Shown piece by piece: positions 50,480 through 59,003 of a stretch of DNA of 64,000 bases (its first letter is position 1; each line of letters starts with the position of its first letter). The notes under the pieces are model-generated. The model searched no databases, had not been told where the DNA came from, and was given only the letters and a program-made list of their open reading frames with translations. Made by a program: the position numbers and the translations under genes. Origin of the DNA: Candidatus Altimarinota bacterium (GTDB taxonomy: Bacteria > Patescibacteriota > Gracilibacteria > 1-14-2-50-48-13); the NCBI GenBank assembly GCA_046314355.1, contig JBKBWQ010000001.1, forward strand, positions 1,088,001 through 1,152,000, in the 5' to 3' direction.

Positions 50480-51373
50480 TTATTCACCTCTAAATGCAGC
50501 CTCAAGCTTGGCTTTATCTAGCTTTACCATATCGAACATAGCATGGATAACTCTGTCATTAGCAGCCTTATCATCACTATTGGAGATCTCCTCCTGGTTG
50601 CTTGGGACGATCTGCCAAGAGACTCCAAACTTATCTTTGAGCCATCCGCACTGTTCAGTTTTACCTTCCTTTGAAAAGGCATCCCAAAAGTGATCAATTT
50701 CTTCCTGAGTATCACAATTGACCATAAATGAAATGGCTGAAGGGAAAGTAAACTTATGGTCCAAAGCACTGTCCATAGCTGTAAAATGCTGTCCTGCAAG
50801 AGTAAAAGCACCATGCATTATAGTACCTGCCTTATCAGCTCCGCCTTCTGGATAACGTGCAGTCACACGTATCTCGGAATTTTCAAAAAGGGAAGTATAA
50901 AAATTCATGGCTTCCTCTGCTCTTCCGCACTGTTCTTTCACAAACAAAAAACTTGGAACTATTCTCTGCTTAGACTCTCCGCAGTAAAGCTGCCAAGTCA
51001 CGCCATACTTATCCTGCAGCCAGCCATATTTTTTACTAAACGGGTATTCACCAAGCTCCATCATTGCAAATCCGCCATCTATGAGTTTATTCCATACTTC
51101 ATCTAACTCTTCTGGCGTATCAAATCCTACATAAAAAGAAATAGCTGGAGACATAGGAAATCCGGGTCCCCCATTGAGTGCCATAAACTGATATCCTTCA
51201 AGCTCAAAATCAAGAGTCATGAGAGAGCCTTCAGGCTGTCCTGAGACTTTTGCACCCTCCTCATTATAATAGGCTGATTTACCAATTTTTGAATTCTTAA
51301 AGATAGATGTATAAAAGTCTACAGCTTTGTCTGCATCTTTTTCAAACCAGAAGAAAGGGATAATCTTTTGCAT
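50480..51373 (-). CDS. Tandem VOC (PhnB-like) protein
   Basis: Two repeats: QKIIPFFWF...YGWLQDKYGVTWQ and ...CGWLKDKFGVSWQIVP. Confidence 0.9.
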   Translation of the reverse strand: MQKIIPFFWFEKDADKAVDFYTSIFKNSKIGKSAYYNEEGAKVSGQPEGSLMTLDFELEGYQFMALNGGPGFPMSPAISFYVGFDTPEELDEVWNKLIDGGFAMMELGEYPFSKKYGWLQDKYGVTWQLYCGESKQRIVPSFLFVKEQCGRAEEAMNFYTSLFENSEIRVTARYPEGGADKAGTIMHGAFTLAGQHFTAMDSALDHKFTFPSAISFMVNCDTQEEIDHFWDAFSKEGKTEQCGWLKDKFGVSWQIVPSNQEEISNSDDKAANDRVIHAMFDMVKLDKAKLEAAFRGE

Positions 51374-51480
51374 AATATGAGTATAAAATGAAGTATTGAG
51401 TTTAATAAGTTATCATAGCAAAGGTAGTGTTTTTTCGCAAAGCATGTGCAAAATTAATGCGTTTTAATGTGTTGATTTCC

Positions 51481-51864
51481 TCAAATAGACTCTGCAAAAG
51501 TAAAAATATATCCATTAGGATCTTTCATGTAAAATTCTCGTGTACCATAGAAAGTAGTATGCATTTCTTTCACAATGTCAGCCTTGTGATCCTTTACCTT
51601 TTTATACAGACTCTCTGCATTTTCTACGTCTACATATAGTGTCAGGGAAGCTCCGATAGGGATATTTGTTAATTCAGATATACCCTCAGCAAGGCTCTCA
51701 GGCTTCTCAATCATAATCTGTATTTCTCCTATCTCCAAGAGTGCCCAAACCGGCTCTCCGTCTATAGGTATAATAGATTGAATCTTTGCATCAAACACAT
51801 CTTTATAAAAAGCGAGAGAAGTTTTCATATCTTTGACCATGAGATTTGGACGAAGTTTTTTCAT
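51481..51864 (-). CDS. VOC/glyoxalase-family protein
   Basis: PNLMVKDM..SLAFYKD...FYGTREFYMKDPNGY. Confidence 0.88.
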   Translation of the reverse strand: MKKLRPNLMVKDMKTSLAFYKDVFDAKIQSIIPIDGEPVWALLEIGEIQIMIEKPESLAEGISELTNIPIGASLTLYVDVENAESLYKKVKDHKADIVKEMHTTFYGTREFYMKDPNGYIFTFAESI

Positions 51865-51915
51865 AAATTAAATATGAATTAGTAGTACTATCTATTGTAG
51901 CATAATTTTTATACA

Positions 51916-51979
51916 AAAATACGTTATGTGCAGGATGCACCAATGGGAAGATACTGTGTGGATGAAGTGTATATTGAGG
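51916..51979 (+). repeat. Copy A of a degenerate 64-nt direct repeat (gene remnant)
   Basis: 51/64 identical, ungapped, to 52707-52770. Translates RYVQDAPMGRYCVDEVYIE. Confidence 0.75.
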
Positions 51980-52109
51980 ATTTGAGCGAGGCTAGAGATA
52001 GCATTTGAGGTAGCAGGAGTTATAAAGGGGAGGGCGGAGTTATTCAATTGTAATATAAAAAAAGCACTCAATAATTTATTATTTGAGTGCTATATGAAAA
52101 ACCAGTGAG

Positions 52110-52565
52110 TTATTCTCTGATTTTCTTTGCTAATTCTGCTAATACAGCATCGTCTGCACGTACATGATCATGAGAAGAAATATATCCTTCATACTGATCA
52201 AAATACTTATTAACATTTGAGTGAACAGGTTGCCAATCTTTCACCAAATGCTTTGTTCCATGCATTGGGAAAAGCTTTGCGTGTATGTGGTCAACTCCGA
52301 ACCCTTCAAATATAAGTCCAGTTCTACCTACATCTTCAAGTTTACTGTCTAATAATCTTCCTACTTGCTTTGCAGCCAGTACAAGATCTGAGATAGTGTT
52401 ATCTTCAAGATCAAACAAATAACTAGAATAGTGCTGTTTAGGAATGACTACACTAAATCCTTGTGTATTAGGAAAGATAGTGAGAAAGGCAATGTGCTTT
52501 TCATCTTCCCAAATTTTATGACTAGGTATTTCTCCTTTAACAATTTTACAAAAAAGACAATCCAT
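52110..52565 (-). CDS. HIT-family protein
   Basis: DCLFCKIVKGEIP, VVIPKQH, GVDHIHAKLFP (variant triad). Confidence 0.9.
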   Translation of the reverse strand: MDCLFCKIVKGEIPSHKIWEDEKHIAFLTIFPNTQGFSVVIPKQHYSSYLFDLEDNTISDLVLAAKQVGRLLDSKLEDVGRTGLIFEGFGVDHIHAKLFPMHGTKHLVKDWQPVHSNVNKYFDQYEGYISSHDHVRADDAVLAELAKKIRE

Positions 52566-52706
52566 GACTAATATAAGGAAATAGTTACTCCTCGTAGAGT
52601 ATATTATGAAGAATAAATAAGTACAAAAAATAACTCAATGAGTTATTTAAGTGGTGCCACAGGGCAGCAGGGTTATTTTTTATTCAGGATTTCAATTTCA
52701 GTGCGG

Positions 52707-52770
52707 AAAAGACGATATGTGAAGGATACACCGAAGGGTAGATTTTGTATGGGTGAGGTATATATTGAGG
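52707..52770 (+). repeat. Copy B of the degenerate 64-nt direct repeat (gene remnant)
   Basis: Translates RYVKDTPKGRFCMGEVYIE. Five of the differences from copy A are synonymous third-position changes. Confidence 0.75.
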
Positions 52771-53098
52771 TAATAAAGTGATACTAACGAATGGGCGGAA
52801 TTATTCTGATAAATATTCAGGGTGAAAAATCTTTAACTGAGAAACTGTGGGATTACATGAATATCATTGATAACATACTCTCTGATAAAGTCCAAGAATA
52901 CATTTACCGCACATTTCACTGTTTTTTTTAAGCTTCAAATTACTAAAGATGATCATTGAAAATTTGACAAAATATACATTAATATTTATATTGCTATGTC
53001 TTCATTGGCAATGAACAATCATTTGCTTTCAATGAAGCAAAGGGGTTCTTTTACAATAAGATAGTAAAACAAACGAAATAGTATAAGAGGAGAAAAAC

Positions 53099-54394
53099 AT
53101 GAGTGAAGTATTTTCAAAAGTAATGACTGCAATTGCAGTCAAAGTGAATGAGGTAACAAATTCAGTTAACGTTGAAAGCAACCTACAGTTATTTGTTGAA
53201 TACATAAATAACTTTAGACTATGCACAGACGAATCTGATGTATTGAAGCGTGAAATTCCAGGTCTAGTAGAAATTTATCTAAAAGAGGAAGTTCATGTTC
53301 CGATTATAGATTTTCCTGAGCACCACAGAGATTATAAAATGAATCTTGATGAAAGTTTTTGGTCACTTCCTGAAAAACAAAGATTAGTGAAACATAATGA
53401 TCTTCTTTCAGGAGAGACACGCGGTTCACATCTGGAAGGTCAATTTGGAGTTTCAATTTCTCCGGGACTAATTGCTGTGTTTTCAAGCGATGAAATAAAA
53501 GCTGAAGATAATACTTTTCCTCAAGGTGACTTAGAAAGTATAGAAAATAGGCAGGCATTTATCAGATTTTTATTTTTACATGCCTTGAAGAGCAGGATTA
53601 TCGGACATTTATCTTGTCTATATCCTGGACAGAAGATGATAAGTACTATTTTAAAAGGTACTCTGAAATTGCGGGCAGTTTTTTCCTTATACGTTCTTCT
53701 GCACTCTAAATATATATATGAGTATAAAGGGTTTGAAGGACAGAGACGGCTTGTGAAAGATGTTGATGCTGAACATCTTGGACATTTGTTTACTATTAGT
53801 TCTTTATTCGGCAAAACAACTGTTCTTGGTTGGAAATCAGTAAATTCTGCAAGCAATCATGTAACAAAGATTGAAGAACTTATAAAAAACAGTAACTTAG
53901 AGTACAAAGGGTTCGAAGGTTATTTAAGACTCGCAAAGGAATGCGGCAATCTAAACTTGAAAATAGTATATCAAGTGGTGAGTTCAATGGATAAAGTAAA
54001 AGAACTAGGTTGGCAGAAGATTGAACTTCCGTATAAGGTTGCAGCATCAGCAAGAGCAAAGCTCCTTTTGCCTGATTTAAAAGAGTACATTGGTTTTGAT
54101 GGACTAATCCGTTTAGCGACAGAGGTTAATACTGAATACATTATCGAACTTGCGAAAGTTGCGAACTGTTTAGGTGTGAACACTGAGCTTGGGTGGAAAC
54201 AAATCCATCTAACAAGAACCATAGCAGAAAGCATAGCAAAAGAGATTAGAAAAAACCCATCTCAATTTAGGGGTGAAGAGGGACTGCGTACTCTACAAAA
54301 GATCTTTAATGTCAAACAACCTACATATATTTTACCTCTCGGCACTATGTTGGATGAAGATTTGGGTTGGAGTGGGCTTTATTCTATTCGGTAA
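53099..54394 (+). CDS. Hypothetical protein with four 60-61 aa C-terminal repeats
   Basis: Repeats EYKGFEG/EYKGFEG/EYIGFDG/QFRGEEG...LGW start at nt 53720, 53900, 54083, 54263. GAGGAG RBS at 53087. TTGACA-17-TATATT promoter at 52964-52992. Confidence 0.82.
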   Translation: MSEVFSKVMTAIAVKVNEVTNSVNVESNLQLFVEYINNFRLCTDESDVLKREIPGLVEIYLKEEVHVPIIDFPEHHRDYKMNLDESFWSLPEKQRLVKHNDLLSGETRGSHLEGQFGVSISPGLIAVFSSDEIKAEDNTFPQGDLESIENRQAFIRFLFLHALKSRIIGHLSCLYPGQKMISTILKGTLKLRAVFSLYVLLHSKYIYEYKGFEGQRRLVKDVDAEHLGHLFTISSLFGKTTVLGWKSVNSASNHVTKIEELIKNSNLEYKGFEGYLRLAKECGNLNLKIVYQVVSSMDKVKELGWQKIELPYKVAASARAKLLLPDLKEYIGFDGLIRLATEVNTEYIIELAKVANCLGVNTELGWKQIHLTRTIAESIAKEIRKNPSQFRGEEGLRTLQKIFNVKQPTYILPLGTMLDEDLGWSGLYSIR

Positions 54395-54415
54395 AAAAAT
54401 AAATTAAAATTATTC

Positions 54416-54445
54416 AGCCACTGACCATGATCAGTGGCTTTTTTT
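54416..54445 (+). terminator. Intrinsic terminator
   Basis: AGCCACTGA-CCATGA-TCAGTGGCT-TTTTTT. Confidence 0.8.
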
Positions 54446-54578
54446 CTTGAAAATAATGTACATATAAATCTGATTTAAACGCCAAGGCACCTATTGCTAT
54501 ATCTAACGTATATGTAAAAAAGCCTTCTAATTACGAAGTACTTCATACTAACTACTCAAATTTTCGATAGAAAATTTA

Positions 54579-54653
54579 TGGTGCCGCGAGGCGGGATCGA
54601 ACCACCGACACAAGGATTTTCAATCCTCTGCTCTACCACTGAGCTACCGCGGC
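54579..54653 (-). tRNA. tRNA-Phe(GAA)
   Basis: Reverse complement GCCGCGGTAGCTCAGTGGTAGAGCAGAGGATT-GAA-AATCCTTGTGTCGGTGGTTCGATCCCGCCTCGCGGCACCA. Confidence 0.97.
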
Positions 54654-54727
54654 ATACGTACTGCATGGTGTTACATGCTTTTGTATTATAAGGACAGAGG
54701 CCCGAAAGGCAATAGAAAATTTTCCTA

Positions 54728-55612
54728 TCAGAGATCAAACCATGTCTCTTTGAGGCTTACTCCTCGTTTGTGTACTCTTCTCGCATGATAGAACATGTAC
54801 TGCTGTACCCAGCCTGCATATTTTCCAAAGTGTGTATCATTAAATGCTCTCAGACTCTCGTAGCTTGCAGTTTCCTTTGTCCCATACAGATCATGCATTA
54901 ACCTTCTTATCCACGTATCGTAGGGCACTAAAGTATCTCTTGCATAGGAAAACACTAGGATGCAGTCTGCGACTTTCCCGCCAATGCCGTGAAATTCAGT
55001 GAGAACTGTGATAGCTTCTTCATCTGACATACTCTCCAGGTCTGCTAAAACTGCAGGATTGTCTACAATTCTTTGTGCAGCTCTCTGAATGTAGACATCA
55101 CGGTATCCAACTTTACAAAGAGATATGTCTTTAAGTGAGGCATTTGCAAGACTTTCGGCACTGGGGAATAAAAAGTATGATCCGATCTCTGTGTCTAGTT
55201 TTTGACCAAACCGCTCACAGAGGGACTCTATGCATTGCTGGATATGTAGAAAATGTTTATTTTGAGAAATAATAAATGAAACTAATATTTCCCAATGATC
55301 CTGCTCTAGAAGCCATAGTTTGCCAGTACTTTCTACTGCGTGAGTACTGAATATATCACGTTTTAACGAAGATGAGAGCGCGTCTATATCGACATCAATT
55401 CTAAAAAGTCTATACACTAAATCTCTCTGATCATAGACGGGATAGGTTTGAAAATAGATCTTTTCTCTTTTCTGCTGCAGTAAAATCACCGTGCTACGGT
55501 GCACGATAGTATATGTGTCTACTGTATCTTGATACGGATGCATTCTAAAGATTTGTCCGGACAGAGAAAGAGTTTTTAGATCGATATATGGTGAATTGGG
55601 CAAAATGTGCAT
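54728..55612 (-). CDS. OGG1-like HhH-GPD 8-oxoguanine DNA glycosylase
   Basis: SGQIFR, QDHWEILVSFIISQNK, VGYR, GIGGKVADC (Lys), PYDTW (Asp), AGWVQQYMF. Confidence 0.88.
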   Translation of the reverse strand: MHILPNSPYIDLKTLSLSGQIFRMHPYQDTVDTYTIVHRSTVILLQQKREKIYFQTYPVYDQRDLVYRLFRIDVDIDALSSSLKRDIFSTHAVESTGKLWLLEQDHWEILVSFIISQNKHFLHIQQCIESLCERFGQKLDTEIGSYFLFPSAESLANASLKDISLCKVGYRDVYIQRAAQRIVDNPAVLADLESMSDEEAITVLTEFHGIGGKVADCILVFSYARDTLVPYDTWIRRLMHDLYGTKETASYESLRAFNDTHFGKYAGWVQQYMFYHARRVHKRGVSLKETWFDL

Positions 55613-55695
55613 GACTGTGTCTATAAATTTCTTTTGAAATGTCGCATACCAAGAGTATAGTTGATCTACAAATTACTTCAATTACTTAAAAGTTC

Positions 55696-56166
55696 ATGAA
55701 AGAATTAGCTGTAGGTGATAGAGCTCCAGAATTTACTCTTCCTTCGGAGGATGGAAGTGAGATTTCATTAGCGGATTTTAAAGGAAAAAATGTAGTGCTC
55801 TATTTTTACCCAAAGGATCTGACACCTGGATGTACCACTGAGGCTTGTGATTTTAGAGATAATGTTGAAAGACTTCAGGGAGAAGATACTCAGGTACTTG
55901 GTGTAAGTAAAGATAGTGTTAAGATGCATACAAAATTTATTGAAAAGCATCAGTTGAATTTTCCTTTACTTGCTGATGAGGAGGGGAAGGTGTGCGACAT
56001 GTATGGGGTATGGAAGGAGAAGAGTATGTATGGACGGAAGTACATGGGTATAGAGCGGTCTACGTTCTTGATAGATAAAGAAGGGATACTTCAAGGTGTC
56101 TGGAGAAAAGTAAGTGTCACAGGGCATGTAAAGACAGTATTGGAAGCAGTGAAAACTTTGAAATAG
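55696..56166 (+). CDS. bcp: Thioredoxin-dependent thiol peroxidase Bcp
   Basis: VVLYFYPKDLTPGCTTEACDFRD and GIERSTFLID. Confidence 0.95.
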   Translation: MKELAVGDRAPEFTLPSEDGSEISLADFKGKNVVLYFYPKDLTPGCTTEACDFRDNVERLQGEDTQVLGVSKDSVKMHTKFIEKHQLNFPLLADEEGKVCDMYGVWKEKSMYGRKYMGIERSTFLIDKEGILQGVWRKVSVTGHVKTVLEAVKTLK

Positions 56167-56175
56167 TTTTCATAT

Positions 56176-56205
56176 AAAAAAGCGCTCTCATAAGAGCGCT
56201 TTTTT
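56176..56205. terminator. Bidirectional intrinsic terminator
   Basis: AAAAAAGCGCTCT-CATA-AGAGCGCTTTTTT. Confidence 0.88.
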
Positions 56206-56220
56206 ATTATGTAACTTATC

Positions 56221-57855
56221 TTAGAACTGCCATGCTCTAAAGAAATCAATATCTAAGGTGCGACCACTCGTAGTAGAGTTAATCTTCATCATTGTAGTAA
56301 GGTTTGTACTTGGGATATTGGTTGTACTTGATCCACAGCTTGTCCATGTAATACCATCGGAGACGTCGCTATCAATATAAAAACGTACATCTGTAGTGCT
56401 AACCACTTCTATTTTTAATAGTGCGAATTGTGAGGTTGAAACTGCTACGCCGCAAGATACATTTGTTGATGTAGATGCACTACGAGTTACACCTGTCCAG
56501 TTTGTACCATCATTATTGGTAAAGAAAATTCCGTTTGCTGGAGGATTAGCACTTCCTGCCGCATCATCTCCAATACCTACCCAAAGATCATCATTTGCAC
56601 TTACGTTTGAAGGCTTCACCTTCATAAGAATAATGGGTAAGTTTGATCTATTAAAAATTAGATGTGCATTACCAGCTGTCGCACTTGAAAGATATGCAAG
56701 ACAACTTGTATTATTTGCTCCTAGGGCTATTCTTCCAATTCCGTTTACAGTATCGTCTAGTACAGAGAATACGCAGTTATTTGCTTCATCTATAGCAAAA
56801 GCTTGTATATCTCCCCATGCGAGAGCTGCATCCGCATTAAGATCCGCTCGCTCTCTCATAAATTCTTCACCGACATATGAATTTCGCTGTAGAACTGAGC
56901 CTATCTCGCTATATGCTCCGCCGGTAGAAGAAAGATCATTAATTAGCATCATATTGTTCCCTGAAGTATCCAGAAGAGACATATTAACGTTGTCTGGAAC
57001 TGCAATTGTTACATTTGCATCATTAAATCGGATATCACGATCAAACCCTGTTCCAATATTGATACCTTCTTCAGTGGAGCTTGTGCCAGTAACGTTTGCA
57101 ATATTTATACCCCGTATAGTATCACCAGCATCACCTGAAGGAGTTACTGCTATATTCAGTCCTGCTCCGGTGATGTTTGCCACGTTGGTACTTTGTGTGT
57201 AGTTTAAAGTAGACGTATTTGCGGAAGCTGTGCTTGCAGCCGATGTTACAGTGAATCTGTCAGTAAGAGATGTGGTATTTACTCCTACGAGACCTCCAGC
57301 ACTGATTCTCATTGCTTCGCTTCCACCTGTTTCGAATAGTAGTGGAAAAGCATCATTCGTGCCGAAGGTGGCGTTTGTGCCAAAACTATTTCCATTTTGT
57401 ATAAATGCAGTATTAGATGTAGTGATCGGATAATATGTGCCTCCATTATTATTCATTTCCCATTGGAGAGTACTAGCATTGTAACGGATAGTTCCTGCCG
57501 CGCCGACTCCTTGATTTGCCACAATGCTTACATTTGACGCAGCTCCTACATTGTCAGCATCTAAGGTAAATACATTTCCATTGATACCTAATGTACCATT
57601 TACTGCTAGATTATTACTAAGAATGAATTTTGATGTAGTAATATCCCAGGTAAGTGTCTGGTTTGCCGTTTGTCCAAATTTAAGAGTAATGCTTCCTGTT
57701 GCATTACCATCACTATCTATTACTGCATTTTCCCCTTCATTGCTTAAAAATTCATTAGTAAAAATGATCACAGCATGTGCTTGAGGAATGAGAAAAAAAA
57801 CAGTTAAAAGGACTGTTGCAAGTCTTCTTAAATAACGAGGAATAAATTGATTCAA
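56221..57855 (-). CDS. Secreted beta-rich fibre/adhesin-like protein
   Basis: Signal peptide (AHA^V), T/N/S/G-rich, fibre-type motif GNSFG...GTND..PL.FETGG.EAMRI..GGLVGVNT, and a lectin-like beta C-terminus. TTG start. Confidence 0.7.
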   Translation of the reverse strand: MNQFIPRYLRRLATVLLTVFFLIPQAHAVIIFTNEFLSNEGENAVIDSDGNATGSITLKFGQTANQTLTWDITTSKFILSNNLAVNGTLGINGNVFTLDADNVGAASNVSIVANQGVGAAGTIRYNASTLQWEMNNNGGTYYPITTSNTAFIQNGNSFGTNATFGTNDAFPLLFETGGSEAMRISAGGLVGVNTTSLTDRFTVTSAASTASANTSTLNYTQSTNVANITGAGLNIAVTPSGDAGDTIRGINIANVTGTSSTEEGINIGTGFDRDIRFNDANVTIAVPDNVNMSLLDTSGNNMMLINDLSSTGGAYSEIGSVLQRNSYVGEEFMRERADLNADAALAWGDIQAFAIDEANNCVFSVLDDTVNGIGRIALGANNTSCLAYLSSATAGNAHLIFNRSNLPIILMKVKPSNVSANDDLWVGIGDDAAGSANPPANGIFFTNNDGTNWTGVTRSASTSTNVSCGVAVSTSQFALLKIEVVSTTDVRFYIDSDVSDGITWTSCGSSTTNIPSTNLTTMMKINSTTSGRTLDIDFFRAWQF

Positions 57856-57883
57856 TTTAGAAAGTTATTATGAATTATTTATT

Positions 57884-58876
57884 CTAAAGTTTTTTTACCT
57901 GTTCTAGAATATCATTCGCTCTGGATTTTACATGATTTGCTACACTAGTAATCTCAGCATAGACAGCTATTGCTTCGTCAGCTTTGGCGATTGCCTTCTT
58001 TGCATAATCCTCAGCCATAGCCTTATCTTTTTGTACACCTGCAATAAATGCAGTAATCACCATATCGTATGCTTTGGCAAGCTTAGCAGCACCAAGAACT
58101 ACATTATTTGAAGGTAAGATTTTGTATGCCTGCTGAGTGAAGTCAACTGCAAGCTCTGAACTACGCTTAGCATGGATAATATCTGAAGCATTCATAAATA
58201 CTTCAATCTGAACCATCTCTGCTTCACTCTGTGATATCAAAAACTGCACATCTGTGCCCTTAAGCATGATAGTCAGCAGGTAGAGAATCTCCGCTACTTC
58301 TCCGCGAGAGAGCTCCTTCGTCGGCAGGAGATTTCCCTGAGCATCCTTAATGAGAAGTCCGGATGAACCTGCAAAGTTCATGTAAGCATTATACCAGGCG
58401 TCTGTAGGGACGTCAGGGTAGAGAGCTTTGCCCTTCCAGTTATCTGCCTTGAAAGTATTGGCTATCAATACCATTTTCAAAAACTCTGCACGTGAGACAG
58501 TCTTTCCTGGTAAAAAAGTACCATCTGGATTTCCGCTTACGATACCAAGCTCTTTTCCTTTTGTTACATACTTAGCAAACCAATCCGTTGATGCTACGTC
58601 CTTAAAATTTGAAGCTGTATTTGCATCATCAGTTTTTATTGCTGCACCTTCGATAATAATTTTCAGTGCCTCTGCCTTATTGAGAATCTTTTCAGGCTTA
58701 AATGTGCCGTCGCTGTATCCTTTAAAGATACCTTGTTTAACTAAATAGCGTATGGCTACATTATTGGGATGTGTTTCAGGAGTATCTGAAAAGATACTTT
58801 CAGCAGCAAGTACCTGTGTAGTGGTTGAAACGGTAAATACCGCAAGAATACTTAGACTTAGGAAAAATTTGTTCAT
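57884..58876 (-). CDS. SLH-domain protein with a C-terminal alpha-helical domain
   Basis: Signal peptide, FSDTP...GYSDGTFKPE..LNKAE, FKDVASTDWF...GNPDGTF..VSRAEF, YPDVPTDAWY...LSRGE. Confidence 0.87.
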   Translation of the reverse strand: MNKFFLSLSILAVFTVSTTTQVLAAESIFSDTPETHPNNVAIRYLVKQGIFKGYSDGTFKPEKILNKAEALKIIIEGAAIKTDDANTASNFKDVASTDWFAKYVTKGKELGIVSGNPDGTFLPGKTVSRAEFLKMVLIANTFKADNWKGKALYPDVPTDAWYNAYMNFAGSSGLLIKDAQGNLLPTKELSRGEVAEILYLLTIMLKGTDVQFLISQSEAEMVQIEVFMNASDIIHAKRSSELAVDFTQQAYKILPSNNVVLGAAKLAKAYDMVITAFIAGVQKDKAMAEDYAKKAIAKADEAIAVYAEITSVANHVKSRANDILEQVKKL

Positions 58877-58945
58877 ATGTGAATACAGCAGAGGTATAAT
58901 CCAATATAACTTAACACTACTGGTATTAAAAATAAATCATAAATA

Positions 58946-58983
58946 AAAACGCATCTTGCATGATTGTCTACAAGATGCGTTCT
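58946..58983 (-). terminator. Intrinsic terminator after the 581-aa fibre gene
   Basis: Minus strand AACGCATCTTG...CAAGATGCGTTTTTATTT. Confidence 0.65.
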
Positions 58984-59003
58984 ATGTATATACTCACTAA
59001 GGA

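Noticed and set aside
49552-52950. Integron attC sites, and a short TTTAAGCTT similarity between 49557 and 52927
   Set aside because: No RYYYAAC...GTTRRRY stem-loops were recognised, and the short AT-rich match is compatible with chance.
54556-54738. 60-aa ORF on the minus strand
   Set aside because: It overlaps tRNA-Phe entirely and is a translation of the tRNA.
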